From IMG/VR virus record IMGVR_UViG_3300028025_000094: a stretch of 64,000 bases of DNA; one strand, given 5' to 3'. This DNA is from an uncultured virus (IMG/VR IMGVR_UViG_3300028025_000094). Lineage: Duplodnaviria > Heunggongvirae > Uroviricota > Caudoviricetes. The position numbers and the translations under genes were made by a program. The notes beneath the pieces are model-generated. The model did not search any database. It was given only the letters and a program-made list of their open reading frames with translations, and had not been told where the DNA came from. Shown piece after piece: positions 29,339 to 38,793 of the stretch. How positions within the stretch are numbered: the stretch's first letter is position 1; every line of letters begins with the position of its first letter.

Positions 29339-30301
29339 ATGTTACAGTCTAGCGGTCTTATTAAATTTTCGGATATCAGAACAGAGCTTGCTGTGCCCTC
29401 ACAAGCACCCTTTTTATTAGGAGCAGCAATTGCCGGAGAATATGCAGCTCTCACTTGTTCTGATCCTAGACCAGATCTAATAAATCCTGGTAATACGTCT
29501 GAGTGGTATTCGTATGATCATTCAGAAATATGCGCGGGTGGTTGTCCAACTGTTACCGGGGCAGGGGCTTCGATGCAGCCGTGTATAGGAGGAACGATTG
29601 ATGATTACATGGGAGCAAGTGTTTCTTTAGACGGAAATGTTGACATTGATAGTAACTTTACAGTAGACGTATCATATACTAGTCTTGGAGCTTCATGCTC
29701 GGGAACAACCAGTACTATATCATTATCTGTTCTAATTTTAGCTGGTGACAGCTGGGGAAATCTTGATGCGTGCTCTGGAGGAGGATATTTTCCTTCAGGT
29801 GCTAATATATGTTCAGTCTGTATTTCTGCTTGGGACAACCCAAATGTTTCGATAGGTGCTGCGGTTGGATGTGGAGGTGAGGCACTTTGCTCGCCAACAC
29901 CGACCCCGACGCCAACTCCTACCCCAACTCCTACACCGACGCCTACTCCGACGCCTACTCCGACGCCTACTCCGACGCCTACACCAACACCGACGCCTAG
30001 TCCGGAAGGAGGACCAGCATCCGGAAATTGCTTCAATGTAACATATCCATCCGGATCTGTCCCTATCGATCTTTATGTTAGATACAGGGCATTCTCCGAT
30101 GACATCGTTACTGATACACTAGTAGGTTCATTATTGTCAATAGATAATGGGAATGGAACATATACGTCTGTAGTGTGTGCTAGTACAATAATCGGTTACG
30201 ATATTCCGGTTTTTGTACAGGGTGGTTTAGAGATAGTGTGGGATTATCCTTGGATCCAAACCGGATCATGTAATCTTGAGGGTCAATGTATACCTACCTA
30301 G
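29339..30301 (+). CDS. Cys-rich two-domain protein with Pro-Thr linker, probably surface/structural
   Basis: [20 protein letters not shown]-terminus; (PT)17 linker. Confidence 0.6.
   Translation: MLQSSGLIKFSDIRTELAVPSQAPFLLGAAIAGEYAALTCSDPRPDLINPGNTSEWYSYDHSEICAGGCPTVTGAGASMQPCIGGTIDDYMGASVSLDGNVDIDSNFTVDVSYTSLGASCSGTTSTISLSVLILAGDSWGNLDACSGGGYFPSGANICSVCISAWDNPNVSIGAAVGCGGEALCSPTPTPTPTPTPTPTPTPTPTPTPTPTPTPTPTPTPSPEGGPASGNCFNVTYPSGSVPIDLYVRYRAFSDDIVTDTLVGSLLSIDNGNGTYTSVVCASTIIGYDIPVFVQGGLEIVWDYPWIQTGSCNLEGQCIPT
29894..29998 (+). repeat. Coding (Pro-Thr)17 repeat with internal 12-bp tandem CCGACGCCTACT
   Basis: Read directly. Confidence 0.9.
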
Positions 30302-30309
30302 TATATTAA

Positions 30310-30564
30310 TTAAAATTTAGTGATTGCTAGCCATTTACCAAACATAGATCCTGCTACGAAGAATATAGGAACTATCCAATCACCCTTTAGTAGAGAATTT
30401 ACGCCTATTGTTAAGCTGAGAAGAGCAACAATTGAGATAAGAAAGGAGTTGGTCATAGACTTTTTAAGATCCACACCATCGTTGTATTTGATTTCTTGGA
30501 CTTTTAAGATAGCCATTGCAGCCTGAAGAATAAAGATTACCAGGCAAGTAATAAGTTGATTCAT
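30310..30564 (-). CDS. Small multi-pass membrane protein
   Basis: Three hydrophobic segments in 84 aa. Confidence 0.6.
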   Translation of the reverse strand: MNQLITCLVIFILQAAMAILKVQEIKYNDGVDLKKSMTNSFLISIVALLSLTIGVNSLLKGDWIVPIFFVAGSMFGKWLAITKF

Positions 30565-30570
30565 AAGATT

Positions 30571-30744
30571 TTACATCAGTCTCTCTATCGGCTTAAGTGT
30601 GGGCTGATAGATGGGTTTAATTTGAGATTTACACTTGAGACATTTATAGTTCTCTATCTCTCTTTTGTTCCCCTTCTTTTTCTTAGACTCCTCAAACATA
30701 TCAGAATGGTAGGAGAATTCCTCAAATTTTTCTAGGTGCTTCAT
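30571..30744 (-). CDS. 57-aa peptide with N-terminal leader (not in ORF track)
   Basis: Hand-translated MKHLEKFEEFSYHSDMFEES...CLKC...; AATATATA just upstream. Confidence 0.6.
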   Translation of the reverse strand: MKHLEKFEEFSYHSDMFEESKKKKGNKREIENYKCLKCKSQIKPIYQPTLKPIERLM

Positions 30745-30786
30745 AGTCTTCTATATATTACATTTTTTATTTCCGAAAATGAATTC

Positions 30787-30794
30787 TAGATTTG
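30787..30794 (+). promoter_or_regulatory. Bacteroidota-type -7 promoter box
   Basis: TAGATTTG before ATG 30810, head of a long + run. Confidence 0.55.
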
Positions 30795-30809
30795 TAGAAA
30801 ATAAATCGG

Positions 30810-31151
30810 ATGGAGGAAGATAAAGATATACAATACATGAGGGTAGCTCTGGGTATGTGTGGGGTTGGGGTTAGTAACTGCACGGCAGAAATTATACTTA
30901 AAGTTTTTGAGGTAACAAAAAAGATGGGAGGGGATTTTGACCTCTCAACAGCTATTAAAATACAAACCGAGATTGAAGAGAAGTACACCCAGAAATTTAC
31001 CGCATCAATTACAGTAAAAGGATTAGAAGAATTTTACGATAATACTGTGGATCAATTCCACACAAGACCGGAGGAGGATCCGCTAACAGTTACTATGATG
31101 ATGGATGCTCTTAAAAATTTAATAGAACAGCATAAAGATATACCCATTTAA
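30810..31151 (+). CDS. Hypothetical protein
   Basis: 113-aa ORF. Confidence 0.55.
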   Translation: MEEDKDIQYMRVALGMCGVGVSNCTAEIILKVFEVTKKMGGDFDLSTAIKIQTEIEEKYTQKFTASITVKGLEEFYDNTVDQFHTRPEEDPLTVTMMMDALKNLIEQHKDIPI

Positions 31152-31174
31152 TATTAACCCCAAACTAACCGACC

Positions 31175-31621
31175 ATGGACATTGTTATTGATTTTGATGG
31201 CACCTGCGTTACCCACGCATTCCCTGCAGTGGGACTGGACATAGGAGCTGAACCTATTTTAAAAAAGATACTAGATAACGGGCACAATCTAATTCTTTTC
31301 ACTATGAGAAGTGATCTTCCGTCCCCAACATATAGAAATCAGGGAAAGATGTTACCCCCTGGTAATTATCTACAAGATGCTGTAAATTGGTTCTCTGATA
31401 GGGAAATTAAACTATACGGAATTCAAAGAAATCCGTCACAAGATTCCTGGACAAGCTCACCAAAAGCTTATGGGCAATTGATCATCGATGATGCTGCTTT
31501 GGGATGCCCACTAGTATTTGATGAAAGCATCTCGGGAAGACCTTTTGTTGATTGGGAAGCAGTAAATGATATGATGGAATATATGGGATTTTTTAGAAAT
31601 AAATCAGAAGACAATGAGTAG
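31175..31621 (+). CDS. Capless HAD-family phosphatase
   Basis: IDFDGT, LILFTMR, SPK...IIDD. Confidence 0.8.
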   Translation: MDIVIDFDGTCVTHAFPAVGLDIGAEPILKKILDNGHNLILFTMRSDLPSPTYRNQGKMLPPGNYLQDAVNWFSDREIKLYGIQRNPSQDSWTSSPKAYGQLIIDDAALGCPLVFDESISGRPFVDWEAVNDMMEYMGFFRNKSEDNE

Positions 31622-31856
31622 AGAAAGTGGATTTGGAATCAACCCAGAGAGCGGTGAAATTCTAGAGGCAGCTTGGGGATGGGACGAAGTTCCTGGATTT
31701 AAACCAGGTTACTTCTTTCAGATATTTAAATACAACCCTATTGAAGACGAGGAAGATTGTATCGTCAACGAAGGGTTTCTGGAAGGAATATCTTTAGAAA
31801 AACTTGAAAATTTAAAATCTCTATGGAAGGTAAGAAAGACAAGGTATACAGGATAG
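31614..31856 (+). CDS. Hypothetical protein
   Basis: Overlapping operon ORF. Confidence 0.5.
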   Translation: MSRESGFGINPESGEILEAAWGWDEVPGFKPGYFFQIFKYNPIEDEEDCIVNEGFLEGISLEKLENLKSLWKVRKTRYTG

Positions 31857-32110
31857 TAGAAAATAACTTTTATCAGCGAGGTGAAATAAGTAAGGACCAT
31901 ACCAGTTATCACGTAGAGGTTCAAAAAAGATTCTTATGGAGAAAATATTGGAGTTCTATAAAAGAGCCTCACTATGATCATAGCTATAGAATAGAATTTA
32001 AGAGGATCGAAGACGCACAAAAGTTGATAGAGAAATTAAGGAGTGCAGAAAGAATTAACGGCTGGAGCGAAAGGGTTGTTGGAGGAGATCCCCGATTTGA
32101 GAAAATATAA
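31823..32110 (+). CDS. Hypothetical protein
   Basis: YRIVE..VQKRFLW phage-type small protein. Confidence 0.5.
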   Translation: MEGKKDKVYRIVENNFYQRGEISKDHTSYHVEVQKRFLWRKYWSSIKEPHYDHSYRIEFKRIEDAQKLIEKLRSAERINGWSERVVGGDPRFEKI

Positions 32111-32118
32111 TTAAAAAA

Positions 32119-32814
32119 ATGAATAACAGATTATTTATAATAGGAGATAGCTTTGCCGCACCCTCCAATGATGCCTCGTTTTACGGAAAGATTTTACAGG
32201 AGGATTTTCCCAGAATGAAGGTGGCTTGGGCCGGACAGAGCAGCAGGGATTTACAATCTATCATAGATGATTGGATTAAACTCATACCACACCTTACAGA
32301 GAATGATTATCTCATAGTTGCTATCCCTGTTTTTTACCGAACAAGATTACCACTTGCTGAAAAAAATTGGTATAATATGGATTTGAATAGAATAAATTTT
32401 ACAAATAGATTTGTAGGAACTCCCTCGTATGCAAATGGAACGGAGCTGGAATTCTTCGGAAGCTCTTTTGACGCACAGCATTTGGAAAAACTTCTTAGCA
32501 ATCAGAGAGTTATCAATTCAACAGCAGTTTCGGAGATTAATTTTTTTGAGATTATAGAATCATTAAGAAAAATAACCAAAGCAAAAAACTATGCCTTTTC
32601 CTGGTCAGAATTTGAAAGATCCCCAAAGCCTTTCGACGATTGTGTAGAATTAAAAAGAAAGATCGGAATATGGAGAACTATAAGAGATGATTTCTTTGAA
32701 TTTGGATCGGATAATCCACTCAACGAGCACGATAGGCATTGGCAAAAAGATACGCACCTCGCTTTTGCTAAAATGATTATCGAGGAATTTGATATTAAAA
32801 AAAATATAATCTAG
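32119..32814 (+). CDS. SGNH/GDSL-like protein
   Basis: IIGDSF and DRHW. Confidence 0.55.
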   Translation: MNNRLFIIGDSFAAPSNDASFYGKILQEDFPRMKVAWAGQSSRDLQSIIDDWIKLIPHLTENDYLIVAIPVFYRTRLPLAEKNWYNMDLNRINFTNRFVGTPSYANGTELEFFGSSFDAQHLEKLLSNQRVINSTAVSEINFFEIIESLRKITKAKNYAFSWSEFERSPKPFDDCVELKRKIGIWRTIRDDFFEFGSDNPLNEHDRHWQKDTHLAFAKMIIEEFDIKKNII

Positions 32815-32819
32815 AGTAT

Positions 32820-33026
32820 ATGAGTGATCAATTTAATTATGTGATAGCAAGAAGATGGCGTGATGATAGTAATGAATTATGTTGTTACGCATACAACAAT
32901 ACAGTTTTCTATGGAGATATGAAAGATGCTATCTCAACTAGGAATTTTATCAGGGGAAGAGCAGATGGACATAATGAGGAGTATGAGATTTATAAAATAG
33001 AAGATAAATTTTTAAAAATAGATTGA
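32820..33026 (+). CDS. Hypothetical protein
   Basis: Operon ORF. Confidence 0.5.
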   Translation: MSDQFNYVIARRWRDDSNELCCYAYNNTVFYGDMKDAISTRNFIRGRADGHNEEYEIYKIEDKFLKID

Positions 33027-33027
33027 T

Positions 33028-33219
33028 ATGAGCGATAATTCAAAATCTGGCGGAATGAGTCTAATGAGTGGTATGTTCCTTCTATTCCTAGGATTAAAAC
33101 TGGGAAAAGTAATAGACTGGTCTTGGTGGTGGGTGACATCACCGCTCTGGGGAGGTGCTGCTTTATTATTACTGGTAGTAATCATAGCTGCAATATTAGT
33201 ATTAATAAAAAAATTATAA
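33028..33219 (+). CDS. Small two-TM phage membrane protein
   Basis: LKLGKVIDWSWWWVTSPLW motif. Confidence 0.7.
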   Translation: MSDNSKSGGMSLMSGMFLLFLGLKLGKVIDWSWWWVTSPLWGGAALLLLVVIIAAILVLIKKL

Positions 33220-33221
33220 GT

Positions 33222-33482
33222 ATGTTATTTAAATATAAGATAAGTCTAGAAGTTGAGGTTGATTTCGAAGCACCATTGCTTGGTACAGATACAACTAGGA
33301 TAAGTCGCAAACAAACCGATGCAATTGCAAAGGCAACCTTAGCAGAAATAACTAAATTAGGAACCACATCCTATATTGTTATCGACAGAGATATAGAAGG
33401 AGATAATCTGAATGGTAAAATTAAAAGCGAGATTATTTTAAGAAGCCACCGAATGATAGAAGAAGATAAAAAAAATAAATAA
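33222..33482 (+). CDS. Hypothetical protein
   Basis: ATG 33222 right after previous stop. Confidence 0.5.
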   Translation: MLFKYKISLEVEVDFEAPLLGTDTTRISRKQTDAIAKATLAEITKLGTTSYIVIDRDIEGDNLNGKIKSEIILRSHRMIEEDKKNK

Positions 33483-33483
33483 A

Positions 33484-33786
33484 ATGGATCAACAACTATT
33501 AACGTTAGAAGGTGATATGTCTAACTATCAAAAAGTAAAGGACATTGTATTAGGTAAATTAGTTTCTGAGGGATTACTTGAGAAAAGTGATGCCGACGAA
33601 TTTTCAGAGAGATGCCAGGTCCTAGTTTATAAAGGAACATGGTTCAGTAAATGGTTTGACAAGAACGTAAAAGCAAATGGCTCCGGAGATAAGCAGAGTT
33701 ATTATATGAGAATTATCGAGCTGAGAGAAAAAGAAGATGAAGTTGATAGACTACTTAGAAGAACCACAGGAAATTATGACGAATAA
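33484..33786 (+). CDS. Hypothetical protein
   Basis: Operon ORF. Confidence 0.55.
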   Translation: MDQQLLTLEGDMSNYQKVKDIVLGKLVSEGLLEKSDADEFSERCQVLVYKGTWFSKWFDKNVKANGSGDKQSYYMRIIELREKEDEVDRLLRRTTGNYDE

Positions 33787-33803
33787 TAAAAAACAAATAA
33801 CAT

Positions 33804-34019
33804 ATGAAGATTATTGTACAACAAAACAGCGATACTGCTAAAGTTGAAATTGATACTAAAGATTGTAATTATCAGTGGTCTTTTAGAGAGGCACTTATTT
33901 TAGCAATGCAAATAGAGGGATTTGAAAAATCTTTTATTGATGCAGTTTTTAATCAAGAGGAAATAGACTTGAGATGTGAGCCTATGAGTGATGAAGATTG
34001 TAATATGCGATCAAATTAA
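33804..34019 (+). CDS. Hypothetical protein
   Basis: Operon ORF. Confidence 0.5.
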   Translation: MKIIVQQNSDTAKVEIDTKDCNYQWSFREALILAMQIEGFEKSFIDAVFNQEEIDLRCEPMSDEDCNMRSN

Positions 34020-34033
34020 CCAAAACAAATAAT

Positions 34034-34708
34034 ATGATATATGTTTCCATTGATATCGAGACCTCAGGTCTTGATCACACAAAACATTCAGTACTTTCTA
34101 TAGGAGCAATCATAGAAGACACTGAAAAAAAGTTACCATTTCTAAAATGTCCTAGATTTAATGCTATCATTTTACAGAATGAGATAACAGGATCTCCAAG
34201 AGCTATTGATATGAATAGTTCTATCATAGGATCTATGGGAAGATATCTGGAGGCAAGTAAAGAAGATAGAGAGAAATTAGAATTAGCAGAGACGTGTGTT
34301 TACGGTGGAGGATATGAATTCTGGGAAAAGGACGAAGTAGTAAAAGCCTTCTATTGTTTTCTTTGGAATAATGGATTTGCAACCCTGGATACACCATCGA
34401 TGCACATTGGGGGTAAATTAAAACCCATCATTGATGGAAAGACTAAACCCATCACAATCAATGTTGCTGGAAAAAACTTTGGGACCTTTGATAAGTTATT
34501 CTTGCAGGAATTACCTTGGTGGCAAAAATTAGTAAGAACCCGTCAAAGAGTTTTGGATCCAGCTATTCTATGCGTTGATTGGAAGAATGATACGTCATTA
34601 CCTTCTCTTACCCAATGTAAAGAGAAACTGGGAATAGAAGGAATAGTAACACATAATGCATTAGATGATGCATGGGATGTAATTGAAATACTTAGAAAAT
34701 TTTATTAG
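34034..34708 (+). CDS. DEDDh 3'-5' exonuclease
   Basis: SIDIETSGL, GKNFGTFD, THNALDDA. Confidence 0.85.
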   Translation: MIYVSIDIETSGLDHTKHSVLSIGAIIEDTEKKLPFLKCPRFNAIILQNEITGSPRAIDMNSSIIGSMGRYLEASKEDREKLELAETCVYGGGYEFWEKDEVVKAFYCFLWNNGFATLDTPSMHIGGKLKPIIDGKTKPITINVAGKNFGTFDKLFLQELPWWQKLVRTRQRVLDPAILCVDWKNDTSLPSLTQCKEKLGIEGIVTHNALDDAWDVIEILRKFY

Positions 34709-34715
34709 GATGAAA

Positions 34716-35753
34716 TTATAATAACTGAAATTCCCTTGGTAATTCGCCAGGGGTTTTTTCTGCTCGTGTGTTTTTTAGAAATGGCCCTTTGAAGTTCATC
34801 TTGTTTCTTGATATACTATAAAGGTGCATCTGTGTGGGATCATACAAAGATTCCTGTAGATTATGAGGCGTGAAATAAGAAATGCCAAGATTGGGTAGGA
34901 CTAGAAAAACTCCTTCAACATCTTTTAGAATTTGTTGAAGAGCAGTAATCGAAAAAAGATTATCGATTGTTTCTTTTGTACAAGTAATCTCTCCACATCC
35001 AGTTTGAAATAGATTCATCGATATTGGTTTAATCTTAGATAATAAAACTTGATCTCTAAAATTAAACATTGAGTGATATGCTGCTAATAATGGATCGTCA
35101 TCCAGATCATGAACTAAAAACCCATTTACTATTTTTCGAAGTTCTCCATTAACCTTTACCACGTTCTGGTCTTTATAAAAAGGTATTCCATCTTCCCCAG
35201 GTAATAAGAATTTCTCTAGAAGCATTCTAAAAGTTCTTACCTCGCTCGTTTTAGTTGTGTAAAGATTCTTACCTCCAAATATCCCAAGGTGCCCAAAATT
35301 CATGATTGCAAGATTAAGAATTAGACCTAAATCATTATATTCAGTGAATCGTTCTGAGAACGTAAAGATGCCTCCTTCTGATACTTTCTTTACCTCATAC
35401 TTCTTTTTATCCGGAAGTATTAGATCTGTATCGTCAGTTCCACCTGAGATTGCATCTTTTATGCAAAGACAAAGAAGTACTTCCCCCATTCCTATTTTGT
35501 CTGATGTTATCTTTAGAAGATCCTGGAATAGTAAACCTATTTGGGTGTTATTGAAAGATATAATTTCATTTATCTCAACAGCAAAGATTGATGGATGTTC
35601 AACCTCATAATGATCTAGGTAATCATTAAAAAATTCTTCCTTCACCTCGTCGGGATATTTATCAATTGTCCCGAAAATGTTTTCCTCAACGTCCTTTCTT
35701 TTCATAGGATTAACCTTTCTAAGAATGAGTTCTCTTGCTTCTTCACTTGTCAT
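34716..35753 (-). CDS. PD-(D/E)xK nuclease-like protein
   Basis: GMGEVLL...DTDLIL..KYEVK. Confidence 0.45.
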   Translation of the reverse strand: MTSEEARELILRKVNPMKRKDVEENIFGTIDKYPDEVKEEFFNDYLDHYEVEHPSIFAVEINEIISFNNTQIGLLFQDLLKITSDKIGMGEVLLCLCIKDAISGGTDDTDLILPDKKKYEVKKVSEGGIFTFSERFTEYNDLGLILNLAIMNFGHLGIFGGKNLYTTKTSEVRTFRMLLEKFLLPGEDGIPFYKDQNVVKVNGELRKIVNGFLVHDLDDDPLLAAYHSMFNFRDQVLLSKIKPISMNLFQTGCGEITCTKETIDNLFSITALQQILKDVEGVFLVLPNLGISYFTPHNLQESLYDPTQMHLYSISRNKMNFKGPFLKNTRAEKTPGELPREFQLL

Positions 35754-35829
35754 AATGTATTTTATCCCACGTTACCAAAAAAGTTACGGATTAAAAATTA
35801 TTTCATATATTTGTAAAAATGTAAAATGG

Positions 35830-36273
35830 ATGATAGTTCCTATATTAATTGCTGATAAAAAGAATCTAAATGATAGGTATTATGATACTAAATCGCTTGA
35901 GAAAATAATATCAGATTATAACAAAGAGGAGGAAAGAATTGGACAATGTTTCGGGGTTTTTAGAACCGAGCCAGATTATTATCCTTACGGAGAGAGGGGA
36001 CTTGTAAGCATCAGAGATATTGCATTCACCGTTGATTCTATGGAGATAGAAGGAAAGATTCTAATAGCGGATATAAATATTTTGAAAACCCCTGCAGGAA
36101 ACGATCTAAAAGGAGTGATTGATCTGGTTGTGTTTAGAACCTGTGTTTGGGGAAATCTAGAAGAAGATGGAAGGGTGGAGATAGAAAATTTGATTTCAAT
36201 AAATGCCATATATTCAGTTCATGATTCCTTCAGAAGAATAAAAGAGATAAATGAAAAATCTATTTACATCTAA
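35830..36273 (+). CDS. Degenerate T4 gp21-like prohead protease paralogue
   Basis: NLNDRYY and ILKTPAGNDLK match N.NGR.Y and IL.TP.G..L; His/Ser motifs absent; TATATTTG 35806-35813 upstream. Confidence 0.5.
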   Translation: MIVPILIADKKNLNDRYYDTKSLEKIISDYNKEEERIGQCFGVFRTEPDYYPYGERGLVSIRDIAFTVDSMEIEGKILIADINILKTPAGNDLKGVIDLVVFRTCVWGNLEEDGRVEIENLISINAIYSVHDSFRRIKEINEKSIYI

Positions 36274-36739
36274 CACATCATCACAGGGTATAGTTTTTAC
36301 ACCATCCTCCGGGACATCGATTTATTCACTAGCTGGATCATCTTCCGGAAATATTGGAATAGGTACAATTAATCCATCTTCTAAGATGACAATTTATTCT
36401 AATGGATCTGTCGGAATGTCAGGAACTTCTTTCTCCAATCAGGTCTTTGTTGGCGGAATTTTTGAGGAGCTAAGACCTAAATTTTTTGATATAGTTCTAA
36501 ATGAATCTTCAAGATTTGATGGCGAATCTGTAGCAAAGATTTATGATATGCTTAAAGCCTGTGGAGGAACTACCGGAGTTGTATTAGATATCTTCGTCAG
36601 GTTTAAGGATATCCTTAATGAAAAAAGAATTGGTAGAAATACAGAGATCGCACTGTATGATCTTTTTGTTAAGAAGATATACTATAGTTGGGTCGAACCA
36701 GATTCACTCATTAATATTTTTGAAAAGATAGATGGCTAA
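36251..36739 (+). CDS. Hypothetical protein with GNIGIGT motif
   Basis: GNIGIGTINPSSKMTI. Confidence 0.5.
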   Translation: MKNLFTSNTSSQGIVFTPSSGTSIYSLAGSSSGNIGIGTINPSSKMTIYSNGSVGMSGTSFSNQVFVGGIFEELRPKFFDIVLNESSRFDGESVAKIYDMLKACGGTTGVVLDIFVRFKDILNEKRIGRNTEIALYDLFVKKIYYSWVEPDSLINIFEKIDG

Positions 36740-37154
36740 AAAGAAAAAACCAGATCTAGTAGTTTGGAACGAGGAGAACGGGTACTACCAAAGAAGTCTC
36801 ACGTATGGATCGAATTTAGGAGCTCCTGCTATACAGATAGAAGATATTAGCGGATGGAAAAAGATCGCAGCAGCGGACGTTAATAAGCAGTTTAAATCAA
36901 AGTTTGACGAGCTCAAGGCAGAATATGAAACCCTGGTAGAAGAATACCGTTGGAATGATCTGATATTCAAAGCACAATACAATTTCAAACCAGTTATAGG
37001 TGAAACTTATCATTTATATGTAAGGGAAGACGAGTCAATATTCCTTTCACTGATTGAGCCTTCTTCCTGGGAACAGAAATACATAGGAAGCTTTAAACTC
37101 ACATCCACCCAAAAATGGAAGAAGGTAAAACCAACAAAAAAGAAGATAAGGTAA
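36732..37154 (+). CDS. DUF2452-like protein
   Basis: YNFKPVIGETYHLY, FLSLIEPSSW, GSFKL. Confidence 0.7.
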   Translation: MAKKKKPDLVVWNEENGYYQRSLTYGSNLGAPAIQIEDISGWKKIAAADVNKQFKSKFDELKAEYETLVEEYRWNDLIFKAQYNFKPVIGETYHLYVREDESIFLSLIEPSSWEQKYIGSFKLTSTQKWKKVKPTKKKIR

Positions 37155-37227
37155 TCCCGTGGGTTATAACATTTATTTTTTACGGAACCTTTCTTTACTT
37201 TTACCACTATTAAAATAAAATATAAAA

Positions 37228-37791
37228 ATGGGATTACAATTATCTTTACCTAAAGAAAGAAGTTTACACCTTGCTCAACAGGTTGATCAGGCATCAATCA
37301 ACGCAATAACTAAATCCATTATAGAAATTAATGAGAGCGATCTGCACGTTTCAAAAATATCGGAAGTCCATGGTTTTACTTATAATCCTAAACCAATAGA
37401 ATTGTACATAGATTCCTACGGGGGGTATGTTTATCAGTGTCTTGGGTTGCTCGGTGTAATAGAAAATTCTAAAATACCAGTCCATACTATCGTAACAGGA
37501 TGCGCAATGAGTTGTGGATTTATGATAGCGATTACGGGACACAAAAGATATGCGTATAACCATGCTACTTTTATGTATCACCAGGTCAGTTCAGGAACAG
37601 GCGGAAAATTAAAAGACATGGAGGAAGATATCATCGAAACCAAAAGACTTCAAAAATTTATTGAAGAACATACACTATCCAAAACTAAGCTTACTGAAAA
37701 GGATCTTGAAAAATGCTACGACCAAAAGAAAGATTGGTATTTTACATCTAAGCAGGCATTGAAGAGTGGAATTATAGATGCTATTATCTAG
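37228..37791 (+). CDS. clpP: ClpP-like protease (copy 2)
   Basis: IDSYGGYV, GCAMSCG, FMYHQ, KDWYFTSKQA..GIIDAII; full Ser-His-Asp triad. Confidence 0.88.
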   Translation: MGLQLSLPKERSLHLAQQVDQASINAITKSIIEINESDLHVSKISEVHGFTYNPKPIELYIDSYGGYVYQCLGLLGVIENSKIPVHTIVTGCAMSCGFMIAITGHKRYAYNHATFMYHQVSSGTGGKLKDMEEDIIETKRLQKFIEEHTLSKTKLTEKDLEKCYDQKKDWYFTSKQALKSGIIDAII

Positions 37792-37803
37792 AACTAAAAA
37801 TAT

Positions 37804-38124
37804 ATGAAAATAGATTTAACAGGAGAAAATATCGAGATCGGAAGAAATGATGAATGGATCTTTTATAAGAATCGTTTAACTTCCAGTGCTACCGAATGGG
37901 CAAGAGATAAATGGAAATTAAAAAACATCGCTGCTTTATACGTCGAGGAAAAGAAGGTGTATGGAAAATTTGCAGAGAATCTTTTCGATGTTCAACCAGA
38001 CACACGGGAAAAAACCTACATCCTAGTAAATACCAAAACCAATGAACCTATCTATGAATCTACGAGCTATGAATCCCTCTTGTATCATATAGATTTCATA
38101 GGAATAGCTAAATCATTTAAATAA
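37804..38124 (+). CDS. Hypothetical protein
   Basis: 106-aa ORF. Confidence 0.55.
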   Translation: MKIDLTGENIEIGRNDEWIFYKNRLTSSATEWARDKWKLKNIAALYVEEKKVYGKFAENLFDVQPDTREKTYILVNTKTNEPIYESTSYESLLYHIDFIGIAKSFK

Positions 38125-38134
38125 AACAGCTAAT

Positions 38135-38296
38135 ATGAAATACCTAATAATCCTTGCAGCAATTTCTGTTATTCTGATATTTAGCACATTTTTCATCGAA
38201 GAAAAGATAATATCAAACCTCCCAGAAACTAGTAGATTTAAAAAGTGGTGGAGGAAGAGTATTGTTGGGGATGTGAATGATATGAATCACAGATAA
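38135..38296 (+). CDS. 53-aa membrane-anchored peptide (not in ORF track)
   Basis: MKYLIILAAISVILIFSTFF..SRFKKWWRK. Confidence 0.5.
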   Translation: MKYLIILAAISVILIFSTFFIEEKIISNLPETSRFKKWWRKSIVGDVNDMNHR

Positions 38297-38315
38297 CATC
38301 TTCGTTCTTTCCTAA

Positions 38316-38744
38316 TTATTTAGATTTTATCGATTTATCGTAAACAGTCTCTGTGTATCCCATGATGCCCATTTTTTTGAGGTCTTTCTGATACACAAGA
38401 TCTTCTGAGTGTCCGCTTAGAATTTTTTTGATAGCATATTCTTCTATTGCTTTAGCATCGCCCGTTCCAAAATTTGATTTTATGGTATCTGCCATATTAC
38501 TTTCTTCACCCGTCATTTGATCCGGGGTTTTGGTTTTGAGTAAATTGACCTGCTTAGTCCAATAATTTTTAATTGCAGTAAATACAGAATTATAACTTGC
38601 ATTACCCTGAATTGCACTATTAATGTTACTTCTTGCTTGGGTATCGCTCTTGTATGCCTCCATTGTTTCTTTTACTGATGCCTTTTTGATAACATCAGAC
38701 TGCTCATTTAAAATGAACCCTTTATAATTGACTAGGTTTTGCAT
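38316..38744 (-). CDS. Leader-bearing hypothetical protein
   Basis: MQNLVNYKGFILNEQ; AATATATA upstream. Confidence 0.55.
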   Translation of the reverse strand: MQNLVNYKGFILNEQSDVIKKASVKETMEAYKSDTQARSNINSAIQGNASYNSVFTAIKNYWTKQVNLLKTKTPDQMTGEESNMADTIKSNFGTGDAKAIEEYAIKKILSGHSEDLVYQKDLKKMGIMGYTETVYDKSIKSK

Positions 38745-38793
38745 ATGTCTTATATATTCATTGTACCCAAAAGAATATATAGAAGAAAGGGAT

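Noticed and set aside
29894..29998. Tandem repeat as CRISPR array
   Set aside because: No spacers; it is a coding Pro-Thr linker. No repeat-spacer array was seen anywhere.
34716..35753. Mobile homing endonuclease or restriction-modification system
   Set aside because: Only a weak PD-(D/E)xK-like pattern; no methyltransferase, intron context or HNH/GIY-YIG motif.
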